Positions 19,655-29,803 of a DNA stretch of 64,000 nt are shown piece after piece. Within the stretch, counting starts at the first letter, position 1, and every line of letters begins with the position of its first letter. A program made the position numbers and the translations under genes. Where the stretch lies: NCBI GenBank assembly GCA_963851265.1, contig CAWKNZ010000002.1, positions 896,001 through 960,000 of the forward strand. Direction: 5' to 3'. The notes beneath the pieces are model-generated. The model saw only the letters and a program-made list of their open reading frames with translations. It was not told where the DNA came from and did no database searches. Source of the DNA: an uncultured Gemmatimonadales bacterium. Lineage in GTDB: Bacteria > Gemmatimonadota > Gemmatimonadetes > Gemmatimonadales > Gemmatimonadaceae.

Positions 19655-20625
19655 ACCGCGCCCGCGCGACGCACGCCCGCGACCTCGAGCAGCACGTCTC
19701 CGCCGTCGGCGATGAGGCGCTCGGCCAGCGCGTGCCCCAGGGCGGCCGCGTCCGCGGCGGCGCCCTCGATGCGGCTGCGGACGGGCGCCTGGCCGAGCGT
19801 CGGGTCGAGCACCCCGATCATCCCGTCCACGCGCAGCGCGCCGCCTGGCAGGAGAGTGGCGTGCGCGCCGGTGGGGGCGGTACACCCTGCGCCGAGTCGG
19901 GCGAGAAACGCGCGCTCGGCGGTCACCGCGGTCCGGGTGCGCGCATCGTCGAGGGGCGCGACCGCCGCGAGCGCCTCGGCGTCGTCGGCGCGAACCTCGA
20001 TGCCGATGGCGCCCTGGCTCACGGCGGGGAGCATCACGTCGGTGCTCAGGTACTCCGTGATGCGCGCGGCGAGACCCAGGCGGTGCAGCCCGGCGGCGGC
20101 GAGGAGAATCGCGTCGTACTGCCCCTCGTCGAGCTTGCGGAGTCGCGTGTCGACGTTCCCCCGCACGTCGCGCACGTCCAGGTCGGGGCGCAGTGCGCGG
20201 ACCGCACTCGCGCGGCGCGGGCTGCTCGTGCCGAGCACGGCCCCGTGCGCGAGGTCGGCGAAGCGCGGGCCGCGGGTCACCACCACGTCGCGCGGGTCCT
20301 CGCGCGGCGGGAACGCGCCCAACGCGAAGGCCGGCGCGAGCGTGGAGGGAAGGTCCTTCGCGCTGTGGACGGCGACGTCGATGTCGCCACGGCGGAGCGC
20401 CTGCTCCAGCTCGACCGCGAAGACGCCGCGCCCGCCGATCGCGGAGAGCGGGACGTCCGTCCGCACGTCGCCCTGCGTCGTGATGATCTGGATGTCGAAC
20501 GTGTGGTCGGGCCAGCGCGCGCGGAGCGCCCCGGCGACCGCGGTCGCCTGCGCGAGCGCGAGCGCGCTGCCCCGCGTGCCGATGCGGAAGGTGCGACCGG
20601 CCGCGGCCGCGTGCCCGTTCGTCAC
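19651..20625 (-). CDS. hemC: Hydroxymethylbilane synthase
   Basis: RIGTRGSALALAQ, TTQGD, AVHSAKDLP, GTSSPRR, RGNVDTRL, GAGCTAP. Confidence 0.95.
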   Translation of the reverse strand: MTNGHAAAAGRTFRIGTRGSALALAQATAVAGALRARWPDHTFDIQIITTQGDVRTDVPLSAIGGRGVFAVELEQALRRGDIDVAVHSAKDLPSTLAPAFALGAFPPREDPRDVVVTRGPRFADLAHGAVLGTSSPRRASAVRALRPDLDVRDVRGNVDTRLRKLDEGQYDAILLAAAGLHRLGLAARITEYLSTDVMLPAVSQGAIGIEVRADDAEALAAVAPLDDARTRTAVTAERAFLARLGAGCTAPTGAHATLLPGGALRVDGMIGVLDPTLGQAPVRSRIEGAAADAAALGHALAERLIADGGDVLLEVAGVRRAGAV

Positions 20626-21716
20626 GCGGCGGCGTGCGCCGCGGCCGACGGCGCGCGGCCCGGCTCGGTCGCCCCGTCTCCGGCGCCTTCGACGCGCTGC
20701 GGAACTGGTCCGCGCTCCGCGTGGATCGGCGACGCGCCTTCGGCCAGTTCGGCGCGACTGCGCGTGGTGGGCGGCGGGACGTCCACGCGCACGGTGTTCT
20801 CGCCCGCGACCGCGCGCGCGGCGATGTCGACGAGCGCGGCGACGAAATCTGGACGCACGTTAGGCAGCGCCGTACGCCGGTAGGTGATGCCGAGTTCCTC
20901 GGCCTTGTGCTTCGCCTCGATGTCGAGATCGTAGAGGATCTCGAGGTGGTCGCAGACGAAACCGATGGGCACCTGGAGGACGTGCTCGACGCCTTCGGAC
21001 CGCAACTGGGGCAGGAAGTCGAGGATGTCGGGACCGATCCAGGGCTCGCCGGTCATGCCGGCGCTCTGCCACGCGCGGCGGTAGCCGGGAAGCCCCGCGC
21101 GCTCGGACACGAGCCGTGCGCTCTCTTCGAGTTGCGCCTCGTACGGGTCGCCCCAGGTGCGGATGCGCTCGGGCAGCGAGTGTGCCGAGAACACGACCGT
21201 GACGTCGCCGCGCTCGGTGGCGGGCCACTTCGCGAGCTCGTCGCCGACCACGGTCGCGATCGTGCCGATGAAGCCGGGGTCGTCGTGCCACTGCTCGACG
21301 AAGTCGACCGTGAATTCGACGCCGTGCTTGTGCATGCCTTCGAACAGGTAGCGCTGGTACCCGCCGACCGAGAAGCGAGAGTAGTGCGGCGCGAGCACGA
21401 GGCAGACGACGCGCTCGACGCCGTCGGCCGCCATCTGCGCGACCGCCTCGGCGATCCACGGCGTCCAGTGCTTCATACCGACGTACACGGGCACGTCGAG
21501 GCCGCGCGCCGCGAGGCCGGCGGCGACCGCGTCCCGCACCTCGTTCGTGAGGCGCGTGAGCGGCGTGCGACCGCCCACCGCCTCGTACCGGTGCCGGAGG
21601 TCGTCCATCCGCTCCTGCGAGGGCGGGCGTCCGCCGCGGATGTGCGTGTAGTACGGCTCGATGTGCTCCGGCGTCTCGGGCGTGCCGTATGCGAGGAGCA
21701 GCAGTGCGGTCTTCAT
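20622..21716 (-). CDS. hemH: Ferrochelatase (resembles monoderm-type coproporphyrin ferrochelatase)
   Basis: LLAYGTP...YYTHIRGGR...RYEAVGG, GMKHWTP, LAPHYS, FSAHSLP, WQSAG..GEPWIGPDI, GFVCDHLEILYDLD. Confidence 0.92.
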   Translation of the reverse strand: MKTALLLLAYGTPETPEHIEPYYTHIRGGRPPSQERMDDLRHRYEAVGGRTPLTRLTNEVRDAVAAGLAARGLDVPVYVGMKHWTPWIAEAVAQMAADGVERVVCLVLAPHYSRFSVGGYQRYLFEGMHKHGVEFTVDFVEQWHDDPGFIGTIATVVGDELAKWPATERGDVTVVFSAHSLPERIRTWGDPYEAQLEESARLVSERAGLPGYRRAWQSAGMTGEPWIGPDILDFLPQLRSEGVEHVLQVPIGFVCDHLEILYDLDIEAKHKAEELGITYRRTALPNVRPDFVAALVDIAARAVAGENTVRVDVPPPTTRSRAELAEGASPIHAERGPVPQRVEGAGDGATEPGRAPSAAAHAAA

Positions 21717-22819
21717 GCGGATGCGGCGGGTCGGACGGAGGTGGAGCGGTGCGTGTGGACCACCTCGACCACACGTTCGATGGCGGCGAGCGGCGTGTGC
21801 GGCAGCAGGCCGTGGCCGAGGTTGAACACGTGGCCCGGTCGCCCGGCGGCGCGGTCGAGGATGTCGCGCGTGTGCGCCTCGACCACGTCGAGCGGCGCGG
21901 AGAGCGCGGCCGGGTCGAGATTGCCTTGCACGCCGAGGTCGTGGCCGACGCGGGCCCATGCCTCGTCCAGGGGAACCCGCCAGTCGAGGCCGATCACGGT
22001 GCCGCCATCGTCCTTCATCATGTCGAGCAGGTGCGCGGTTCCGGTACCGAAGTGCACGAGCGGCACGCGGAGTTCCCGCAGCTCGGCGAAGATGCGCCGC
22101 GTGTACGACCGGACGTGGCGATCGTAGTCGACGGCCGACAGCGCGCCGACCCAGCTATCGAACAGCTGCAGCGCGTCCGCACCGGCCGCGGCGTTGGCGC
22201 GCAGAAAGGCGACGACAATGTCGCAGAGCCGGGTCATCAGCGCGTCCCACACGTCGGGCGCGCCCAACATCATCGCCTTCGTGTGCACGAAATCGCGCGT
22301 CGGGCGCCCCTCGATGAGGTAAGAGGCGAGGGTGAACGGCGCGCCGGCGAAGCCCAGCACGGCGCGGTCGGGTTCGAGCGCGCGGCGGACGATGCGCACC
22401 GCGTCGAGCAGGGCGGGGAGATCGGCCTCGGCGTCGAGCGGGCGCAACGCCTCCACGTCGGCCATCGTGCGCACCGGGCGTGCGATCATCGGCCCGACCT
22501 TCTCGACGATGTCGAGGTCGACGCCGATCCCGACGAGCGGGAGCATGATGTCGCCGAACATCACCGCCGCGTCGAGCGGAAGCCGACGCATCGGTTGCAG
22601 GGTGACCTCGGCGCAGACTTCCGCGATCTCGCAGATCTGGAGCAGCGTGTAACGCTCGCGGACCTTGCGGTACTCGGGAAGGGTGCGCCCGGCCTGGCGC
22701 ATGAACCACACCGGGGTGCGCTCGACGGCGAGTCCGTGTGCAGCGCGAAGGAACGGGCCGGTCGGCGCGGCCGGCGCGTCGAGGGGCACGGTCGGGATCG
22801 GAGACACCCAGGCGGTCAT
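21713..22819 (-). CDS. hemE: Uroporphyrinogen decarboxylase
   Basis: PVWFMRQAGRTLPEYR, GFAGAPFTLASY, QLFDSW, VQGNLDP, FNLGHG. Confidence 0.95.
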   Translation of the reverse strand: MTAWVSPIPTVPLDAPAAPTGPFLRAAHGLAVERTPVWFMRQAGRTLPEYRKVRERYTLLQICEIAEVCAEVTLQPMRRLPLDAAVMFGDIMLPLVGIGVDLDIVEKVGPMIARPVRTMADVEALRPLDAEADLPALLDAVRIVRRALEPDRAVLGFAGAPFTLASYLIEGRPTRDFVHTKAMMLGAPDVWDALMTRLCDIVVAFLRANAAAGADALQLFDSWVGALSAVDYDRHVRSYTRRIFAELRELRVPLVHFGTGTAHLLDMMKDDGGTVIGLDWRVPLDEAWARVGHDLGVQGNLDPAALSAPLDVVEAHTRDILDRAAGRPGHVFNLGHGLLPHTPLAAIERVVEVVHTHRSTSVRPAASA

Positions 22820-22858
22820 CGAGCGGGCGGGAGCGGGCGGGGGACGGTCAACGCGCCG

Positions 22859-24370
22859 TCACGACGCCGCCGCGCGGCGCGCGATGCGGGGGTGACGCGG
22901 GCGGGGCGGGGTCGCAGCGGGCTCCTCCAGCATATCGACCGGACCGTCACCCGGCCCTGCCGATTCATAATAGAGCGGCACCGCCTCCTCGCGATCGAGT
23001 CCGAACAGGCGTCGCGCGGCGGCTTCGTGCGCGCGCGGCTCGGCGGCGAGCGCCGCGAGCGGCGCGTGCAGGAGCTTGTTGACGAGGCGTCCGGCGAGCG
23101 CCCGAACGACCTCCTGCTCGCGCGCGTCGAGTCCGTCGAGGCGGGTGAGCGCGCGGGCGAGTTCGCGTTCCCGCACGGCGTCGGCCGTGGCGCGGAGCTG
23201 CGCGATGGTCGGCACGACGTCGCGCGCGCGGAGCCAGCGCGTGAAGCGCCGGGCCCACCGGTCGACCTCGGCGTCGGCCGCCGCCGTGTCACCCGCGGCG
23301 CCGGCATGAACCGGGGCGAGCCCGTCGACGTCCCAGACCGTCACATGCGCCAGGTCGCGCACGTCCAGGTGGACGTTGCGCGGGACGCCGAGGTCGACGA
23401 CGGTGACCGGGCGAGGCACATCACCCGCTCGGCGGCCGCGCGCGCCGTCGGCGAACTGGCGGCCGACGAGGACCGGCGCGGCGGCCGCGGTGCACGCGAA
23501 GACGACGTCGGCGTGCGCGATGGCCGCATCGAGCCCGCTCCACAGGGCCTGCCCCACGCCGTACCGACTCGCGAGCTCGGCCCCGCGGTCGGTCGAGCGG
23601 TTGACGACCGTGACCCTGCGTGCGCCGGCGCGTGCGACGAGGGCGAGGACGTCGCGCGCAGTATCGCCCGCGCCCACCACCACGACGTCGCGTTCGCGGA
23701 GCGCGTCCCCTCCGCCGACCGCACGGACGGCGGCCTCGACCATCGACAGCGGGCCCGGGGCCGCGGGATCGACGGTGCCGACGAGCGGGCGCGCCCGGCG
23801 CCCGGCGGCGAGCGCGGTGCTGCCAAGACGGTGCAGAACCGGCCCGAGCACGCCGTCGGCGCGCGCGTCGGCGAGGGCCCGGCGGAGCTGCCCGGTGATC
23901 TGGGTCTCGCCGAAGATCACCGAGTCGAGGCCGGCGGCCACGCGGCAGAGGTGCCGCGCGGCGTCGGTGCCCACGTGCACGTCGGCGAGCGCGCGGACGT
24001 GTTCGGGGGTGAGCTCGCTGCGTTCGGCTAGCAGCCCGACGAGGGCCGCAACGGTCGCGGCGCGCGCCCCCCGTGGCGCGACCGCGTATAGCTCGATGCG
24101 GTTGCACGTCGAGAGGACGAACGCTTCGTCGACGTGCGCGCGCGCGGCGAGGTGGGCGGCGGCGCCGCGGCCCGGCGCGAACGCCGCGCGTTCGCGAACG
24201 GCGAGCGGCGCGCCGCGCGCGTGTAGCGTGACGGCGACGACCGGAACGAAGTGGGCACGCACGGCCGCGCGATCGGCCGCGGCCGTGCGCCGCCCGTGGC
24301 GCTGGTCACGCCCGGAAGCGGAAGTACCGGAAGACATCAGGACGGGAAACGACACCGCGGGCGGGGTCAC
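22859..24370 (-). CDS. hemA: Glutamyl-tRNA reductase
   Basis: LSTCNRIELY, GLDSVIFGETQITGQ, VGAGDTA, VNRS, DLGVPRNV, LVNKLLHAP. Start uncertain (GTG 24370 overlaps the upstream stop). Confidence 0.9.
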   Translation of the reverse strand: MTPPAVSFPVLMSSGTSASGRDQRHGRRTAAADRAAVRAHFVPVVAVTLHARGAPLAVRERAAFAPGRGAAAHLAARAHVDEAFVLSTCNRIELYAVAPRGARAATVAALVGLLAERSELTPEHVRALADVHVGTDAARHLCRVAAGLDSVIFGETQITGQLRRALADARADGVLGPVLHRLGSTALAAGRRARPLVGTVDPAAPGPLSMVEAAVRAVGGGDALRERDVVVVGAGDTARDVLALVARAGARRVTVVNRSTDRGAELASRYGVGQALWSGLDAAIAHADVVFACTAAAAPVLVGRQFADGARGRRAGDVPRPVTVVDLGVPRNVHLDVRDLAHVTVWDVDGLAPVHAGAAGDTAAADAEVDRWARRFTRWLRARDVVPTIAQLRATADAVRERELARALTRLDGLDAREQEVVRALAGRLVNKLLHAPLAALAAEPRAHEAAARRLFGLDREEAVPLYYESAGPGDGPVDMLEEPAATPPRPRHPRIARRAAAS

Positions 24371-25845
24371 GCGGCCGCGGCGGCGTGCGCCGGGCGGAGC
24401 GCGGTGAGGACGCGGTCGGCCGCGGCCTCGCCCGAGCAGATACAGTCGGGAATGCCGACACCCTGATAGGCGTTGCCGGCGAGAGCGAGCCACGGATGGT
24501 CAGCCACGCGATCGGCGACGCGCGCGACGCGCGCGCCGTGGCCGAGCGTGTACTGCGGCATCGCGTCGATCCAGCGTGCGACGCGGGTGAAGCGTGGCGC
24601 GGCGTGCACGCCCAACACCTCGCGGAGTTCGGCGCGGGCGAGGGCGATCAACCGCTCCTCGTCGTGGTGGACCAGTTCGGGGCGGTGCGCGCCGCCCAGG
24701 AACAGGCGGAAGAGGGCCGCGTCGTTCGGGACCCGGCCCGCCCACTTGCTCGAGAGCCACGTGCAGGCCATGACGGCGCGCCCTTCTGCGCCCGGCACGA
24801 CGTACCCCGTGCCGTCGAGGGCGCGGGGTACGTCGGCGAGGGCATACGCGAGCGTGACGGTCGCCGTCGATCCGTGAGTGACCGTGGCGAGGTCGGCCGC
24901 GAGCCGCCCGTCGACACCGCGCAGCAGCGGGACGGCGGCAGACGCGGGCGTCGCGACGATCACGGCGTCGGCGTCGAGGACCACGTCGTCGAGAACGACA
25001 CGCGCGCGGGGACGTCCCCACGCGTCGACCGCGTCGGGCGCCTGGAGTGCACGGACGGGCGCACCCCGAACGATGCGCACGCGCGCCGACGCCAGGAGCC
25101 AGCGTTCGAGCGCCTCGATCAGCTCCGCCAGTCCCGTCGGGAGCGACAGGAACGGCGACGGCGCCGGCCCGCCCGACGCGGTCGCGGCGGCGCGAGCGCG
25201 CAGCCCGCGCAGGAGGCTCCCGTGCGCGCGCTCGATCGCGCGCAGTTGCGGGAACGTCGCCTCGATGCTGAGTTCGGCGCCGTCGCCGGCGTAGATGCCC
25301 GTGAGGAGCGGCTCGACGAGCCGGTCGTACGCCTGGCGGCCCATGCGCCGCACGACGAAGGATCGGATCGACTCGTCGCCGGACTCGTGGCGCGCGCGGA
25401 GCCACGGTTCGAGGGCCACGCGGGCGAGGCCGGTCCCGGACAGGATGCCCGACGTCGCGAGCGGGCGGAGCTGCGTGGGCATGAGCCCCGAGAGCCCGGC
25501 CGGGAGTCGGCGGAGGCGGCCCGCACGATACACGTAGGCGCCGCGCGCGCTCGACCCGTGGAGGCGATCGGCGAGCCCGAGCCGTGCGCAGAGCGCGCGC
25601 GTCGCCGGCTTCGCCGCGATCACCGAATCGGCCCCCACCTCGAACGTGTACGCGCCCGACCGTTCGGTGTGGATCATCCCGCCGAGTCGCGGGGTGGCCT
25701 CGACCACCGTCACCGTCGCCCGGGGGTCCGACCGGATCACGCGCTCGGCTGCCGCGAGCCCACTCACGCCTCCGCCGACCACCACCACATGTGGTGCGAC
25801 GGAGTCGAACGTGACATCGGAGCGGGCGCGCATGTGGTCGAACAT
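24367..25845 (-). CDS. hemY: HemY-family FAD-dependent (copro/proto)porphyrinogen oxidase
   Basis: VVVGGGVSGLAAA, RLGGMIHT, EVGADS, VEPLLTGIYAGD, MPQYTLGH, AGNAYQGVGIPDCI. Confidence 0.9.
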   Translation of the reverse strand: MFDHMRARSDVTFDSVAPHVVVVGGGVSGLAAAERVIRSDPRATVTVVEATPRLGGMIHTERSGAYTFEVGADSVIAAKPATRALCARLGLADRLHGSSARGAYVYRAGRLRRLPAGLSGLMPTQLRPLATSGILSGTGLARVALEPWLRARHESGDESIRSFVVRRMGRQAYDRLVEPLLTGIYAGDGAELSIEATFPQLRAIERAHGSLLRGLRARAAATASGGPAPSPFLSLPTGLAELIEALERWLLASARVRIVRGAPVRALQAPDAVDAWGRPRARVVLDDVVLDADAVIVATPASAAVPLLRGVDGRLAADLATVTHGSTATVTLAYALADVPRALDGTGYVVPGAEGRAVMACTWLSSKWAGRVPNDAALFRLFLGGAHRPELVHHDEERLIALARAELREVLGVHAAPRFTRVARWIDAMPQYTLGHGARVARVADRVADHPWLALAGNAYQGVGIPDCICSGEAAADRVLTALRPAHAAAAA

Positions 25846-26226
25846 ACGACGGGTTATGGGCGGAACCATTCGGAGTGGTGCGGAGTCGTGCGGACCGGAC
25901 GACCACGACGCATCCGAACGATTACGTAGACGGCGCGTGACACGGACCAAGCGCGGGCGCGCTTGTGGCGCGGGAACGACGGAGCGCGGCGACGGCGCCG
26001 CGTCATGCGGCGCCCGCGGTCGCGTTGGGCGCGGGCGCCGAGCAGGACGCAACTGTATGCGGCATCGAGAGTTCCGGGTTCTGTATCGGCGACGTCGTGG
26101 GGCGAGCGGCGCGGCACGTCCCACGGTCCGGGGCGTGCAACGTCGCGAGCACGCCGGCCCTGATCTCCGTGCGCACGGCGACGAGCCGTACGTGATTCTC
26201 CGATCCAGCCTACAAGCGAACACCCG

Positions 26227-26703
26227 ATGGGCATTGTTTCCCTATTCGCCGCGGCGTCGGTCTTCGTGGCGGTTGCCGCCGCTCCTCCGACGTCGGCGAA
26301 CGTGGCTGGCGTGTGGGCGACGGTCGTCGACTGCGACGCGGTGCGCGTCGAGCTCGACACGGGTGGCGTCGCGCACGGGCCCGAGGCTCGGCAGCGGGCG
26401 ACGGCCGAAGGCCCGCTTCGGGCGCGTCTGCGCTGGACGCTCCGCGACGCCGACGTGAGCCCGTCGGCGTGGGCACTCGGGGTCCGGACGACGCTCGACG
26501 ATCTCGACGTCGACTGCGCCTCCGGTTCGTCACGAACGGTGGCGTCGCGCGCGTTCACCGCGGGCGGCGAATTCGTCGAAGGGGCGAGCGCGGCCGTCGA
26601 GGCGCCCGCCTGGCGACGACACGCCGCGGGCAGCGTCGGCGCGCTCGTGACCGCGGCCGTGTGTCGCGCGGCGGGACGGGCGGTCGGCGCGGCCGCTGCC
26701 TAA
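26227..26703 (+). CDS. Secreted hypothetical protein (possibly surface-adhesin-E-like fold)
   Basis: Signal peptide; W..V...VELD, D.DC.....R, W.....GS.......C pattern. Confidence 0.5.
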   Translation: MGIVSLFAAASVFVAVAAAPPTSANVAGVWATVVDCDAVRVELDTGGVAHGPEARQRATAEGPLRARLRWTLRDADVSPSAWALGVRTTLDDLDVDCASGSSRTVASRAFTAGGEFVEGASAAVEAPAWRRHAAGSVGALVTAAVCRAAGRAVGAAAA

Positions 26704-26874
26704 CGGTGCCGAGCGGGGCGGGCGTCGCCGCGCGCAGTCGCCCGGGCGGTCCGGCGCCGGTGTGCGCCGCGCGACCGACCCCCTGCCTGCCCGCGGCACG
26801 GGTCGGCTATCATCTGTGATGGTCATCTCGGGACGCTCCGCGCGAGCGCCCGCCGCGCATCCGCCCCGCCCGCC

Positions 26875-28590
26875 GTGTCAGTCGTCAACCTGCCCGAATC
26901 GCCCGCCGCGCTCACCGACGCGACCTGGGACGACGTCGCCCCGCTGTACGCCGCGCTCGCCGAGGCGCCGTTGACGACCGACACGGTCGAGGCGTGGCTC
27001 GCCGAATGGTCCGCGGTCGAATCGATCGTCGGCGAGGCCGGCACGCTCGCGATGATCGCGTACACCGGCGACACCGCCGATCCCGCGAAGGAGGCGGCGT
27101 ACCTGCGCTTCTCGACCGAGATCTTCCCGAAGGTCGACGAGGCCGGAGTCGGGCTCGCGCGCCGACTCCTCGCGCTCGGCTGGTCGCGCCCGGACCTCGA
27201 CACCACGCTCCGGAGGTTCCGCACGGACGCGGAGATCTTCCGTGAGGAGAACGTGCCGCTCTTCGCCGAGATCGAGGAGCTGTCGGCGCAGTACCAGAAG
27301 CTGACTGGGAATCTGGGCGCCGACTGGGACGGGGTGCGCAAGACGATCCCGCAGCTGCAGCCCTACCTTCGGTCGGCGGATCGGGCGGTGCGCGAGCGCG
27401 CGTTCCGGCTCGGGGCCGACGCGTATGCGAGCGAGCGCGACGCGATGGCGCAACTGTTCGACGCGATGTACGAAAAGCGCGTGCGCGTCGCGCGGAACGC
27501 CGGGTTCGGCGATTATCAGCAATACGCGTTCGCCGCGAAGCACCGGTTCGACTACACGCCCGACGACGTCGCGCGCTTTCACGACGCCGTGGAGGCGACG
27601 GTCGTCCCCGCCGTCGAGCGACTGATGGCCTACCGGCGCGAGGCGCTCGGCGTCGACACGCTGCGGCCGTGGGATCTGGCCGTCGACCTCCACCGCGACC
27701 GGCCGCTCGTACCGTTCACGTCCGTCGACGAGTTCGTCGGAGGCGCCCGGCGCGTGTTCGCGGGCGTCGACGCCGCGCTCGGCGCGCAGTTCGACACGAT
27801 GGCGAGCGAGGGGCTGCTCGACCTCGAGAGCCGCGCGGGGAAAGCGCCGGGCGGGTATTGCACCAAGCTGCCGTGGCGCGGCCGGCCGTTCATCTTCATG
27901 AATGCCGTGGGCGTGCCCGACGACGTGAACACGCTCGTGCACGAGGCCGGGCACTGCTTCCACGACTTCGCCGCACACGCGCTGCCGCTCGTCTGGCAGC
28001 GCTCGACGGGACACGAGGCGGCGGAGCTGGCGTCGATGAGCATGGAGCTGCTCGCCGCGCCGTACCTCGCCAAGCCGGCCGGATACTACGAGCCGGCCGA
28101 CGCCGACGCCGCGATGCTCGAGCACCTCGTGGACGTGCTCACGACGCTGCCGCACGTGGCGAGCGTGGACGCGTTCCAGCGGTGGATCTACACCGACCCG
28201 GACGGCGCCGACGCGTCGGCGCGCGACGCGGCCTGGCTCCGCATCCGCGCGCGCTTCGACCGGGGCGTCGACTGGTCGGGGCTCGCGCGCGAGCGGGTCG
28301 CGCGCTGGTACCGTCAGCTGCACATCTTCGAGCTGCCGTTCTACTACATCGAGTACGGCATCGCGCAGCTCGGCGCGCTGCAGGTGTGGCGCGGCGCCCT
28401 CGACGACCAGGCGGACGCGGTGGCGCGGTACCGCGGCGCGCTGTCGTTGGGCGGCACGCGGCCGCTTCCGGAGATCTACGCTGCGGCAGGGGCGAAACTC
28501 GTCTTCGACGCGCCGACGATGCGCGAGTTGGTGGCGCTCGTCGAGACGCACATCGACCGGCTGCAGTCGCGCCTCGCGACGGCGCGCTAG
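26875..28590 (+). CDS. M3 family oligoendopeptidase (PepF-like)
   Basis: GKAPGGYC, PFIFMNA, LVHEAGH (HExxH), AELASMSME, PFYYIEYGIAQLGA. Confidence 0.93.
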   Translation: MSVVNLPESPAALTDATWDDVAPLYAALAEAPLTTDTVEAWLAEWSAVESIVGEAGTLAMIAYTGDTADPAKEAAYLRFSTEIFPKVDEAGVGLARRLLALGWSRPDLDTTLRRFRTDAEIFREENVPLFAEIEELSAQYQKLTGNLGADWDGVRKTIPQLQPYLRSADRAVRERAFRLGADAYASERDAMAQLFDAMYEKRVRVARNAGFGDYQQYAFAAKHRFDYTPDDVARFHDAVEATVVPAVERLMAYRREALGVDTLRPWDLAVDLHRDRPLVPFTSVDEFVGGARRVFAGVDAALGAQFDTMASEGLLDLESRAGKAPGGYCTKLPWRGRPFIFMNAVGVPDDVNTLVHEAGHCFHDFAAHALPLVWQRSTGHEAAELASMSMELLAAPYLAKPAGYYEPADADAAMLEHLVDVLTTLPHVASVDAFQRWIYTDPDGADASARDAAWLRIRARFDRGVDWSGLARERVARWYRQLHIFELPFYYIEYGIAQLGALQVWRGALDDQADAVARYRGALSLGGTRPLPEIYAAAGAKLVFDAPTMRELVALVETHIDRLQSRLATAR

Positions 28591-28614
28591 CCCGCACCTC
28601 CGAGGAATACACGC

Positions 28615-28815
28615 ATGGCGGAGATCCAGTTCGAGCGGCGCGGGCGGCCGCTCTGGCTCGCGGTGTTGGTCGTACTCGTCGTCGGCGGCGGCGGGTACTA
28701 CGAGTGGACGTCGTGCGCGACGCTCCAGCACCAGCGCACCCTCGCACCGTCCAACACGCCGGCAACCGCGCCCGCGGCGGCACCCGGCGCTGCGCCCGCG
28801 GCCCGATCGCCGTAG
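28615..28815 (+). CDS. Small single-pass membrane protein, 66 aa
   Basis: GAGGA RBS; MAEIQFERRGRP followed by a hydrophobic helix and a Pro/Ala tail; fits between two same-strand genes. Confidence 0.65.
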   Translation: MAEIQFERRGRPLWLAVLVVLVVGGGGYYEWTSCATLQHQRTLAPSNTPATAPAAAPGAAPAARSP

Positions 28816-28829
28816 TCGCCGCGAGCGTC

Positions 28830-29762
28830 ATGGCGGCGAACGCAGCCACTCGGCGCCCGGCGTCGGCCGGAGCGCCGCCGACGGGTGCGGCGACCGGACT
28901 CGGCGCGGACGGGTGGGCGGCGGGCGACGGCGTTCGTCTGCACTACGTCTCGCGCGGCGACGGCCCGCTCGTGCTGTTGCTGCACGGGTTCCCCGATTTC
29001 TGGTACGGGTGGCGACACCAACTGGCGCCGCTGGCCCGGTCGGGTTTCCGGGCGGTGGCCGTGGACCTCCGCGGGTACAACCTGAGTCAGCGCCCGGCGC
29101 GGGTCGCGGCGTACGTCCTCGACCGCCTCGCCGGCGACGTCGTCGGGCTCGCTGTCGCGTTAGGCGGCGGCCGCGCGCACGTGGTCGGGCACGACTGGGG
29201 CGGGGCGATCGCGTGGCGCGTCGCGACGCGGCACCCCGACGTCGTGGACCGGCTGGCGATTCTCAACGCGCCGCACCCGCGCCGGTTCGCGGAGCTGTTG
29301 CAGACGCCCGCCCAGGCGCTGCGGTCGTGGTATGCCGGCGCGGTGCAGGTGCCCGCCGTGCCGGAGCTGCTGCTGGCGGCACGCGGGCGCGCGCTGCTGC
29401 ACGCGACCTGGACGGCGATGCACCGCCGCCCCGGCGCGTTCACGGCCGAGGACCACGCGCGCTACGACGCCGCGTTCGCCTCGCCGGGCGCGCTGCGCGC
29501 CGCGCTGGCGTACTATCGCGCCGCGGCCCGACACGCGCGCGACACGCTCGGCCGCGACGTTTCAGCGCGCGACGACGTCGTGCGCGCGCCGACGTTGGTG
29601 GTCTGGGGCGACGAGGACCCGGCGCTCGTGCGCGCGAACGCCGAGGGGCTCGAGCGGTGGGTGCCCGATCTGCGGGTCGAGCGGGTGCCGGGCGCGGGAC
29701 ACTTCGTGCAGGCCGACGCGCCCGAGTCGGTTAACGACGCGCTCCGCCGATTCCTGAGCTGA
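28830..29762 (+). CDS. Alpha/beta hydrolase (epoxide hydrolase-like)
   Basis: LLHGFPDFWYGWRHQ, DLRGYN, VGHDWGG, VWGDED, GHFVQ. Confidence 0.9.
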   Translation: MAANAATRRPASAGAPPTGAATGLGADGWAAGDGVRLHYVSRGDGPLVLLLHGFPDFWYGWRHQLAPLARSGFRAVAVDLRGYNLSQRPARVAAYVLDRLAGDVVGLAVALGGGRAHVVGHDWGGAIAWRVATRHPDVVDRLAILNAPHPRRFAELLQTPAQALRSWYAGAVQVPAVPELLLAARGRALLHATWTAMHRRPGAFTAEDHARYDAAFASPGALRAALAYYRAAARHARDTLGRDVSARDDVVRAPTLVVWGDEDPALVRANAEGLERWVPDLRVERVPGAGHFVQADAPESVNDALRRFLS

Positions 29763-29803
29763 CTGCGCGTCGGGCGGACGGCGCGACTGGGATCGCGTAG
29801 TCG

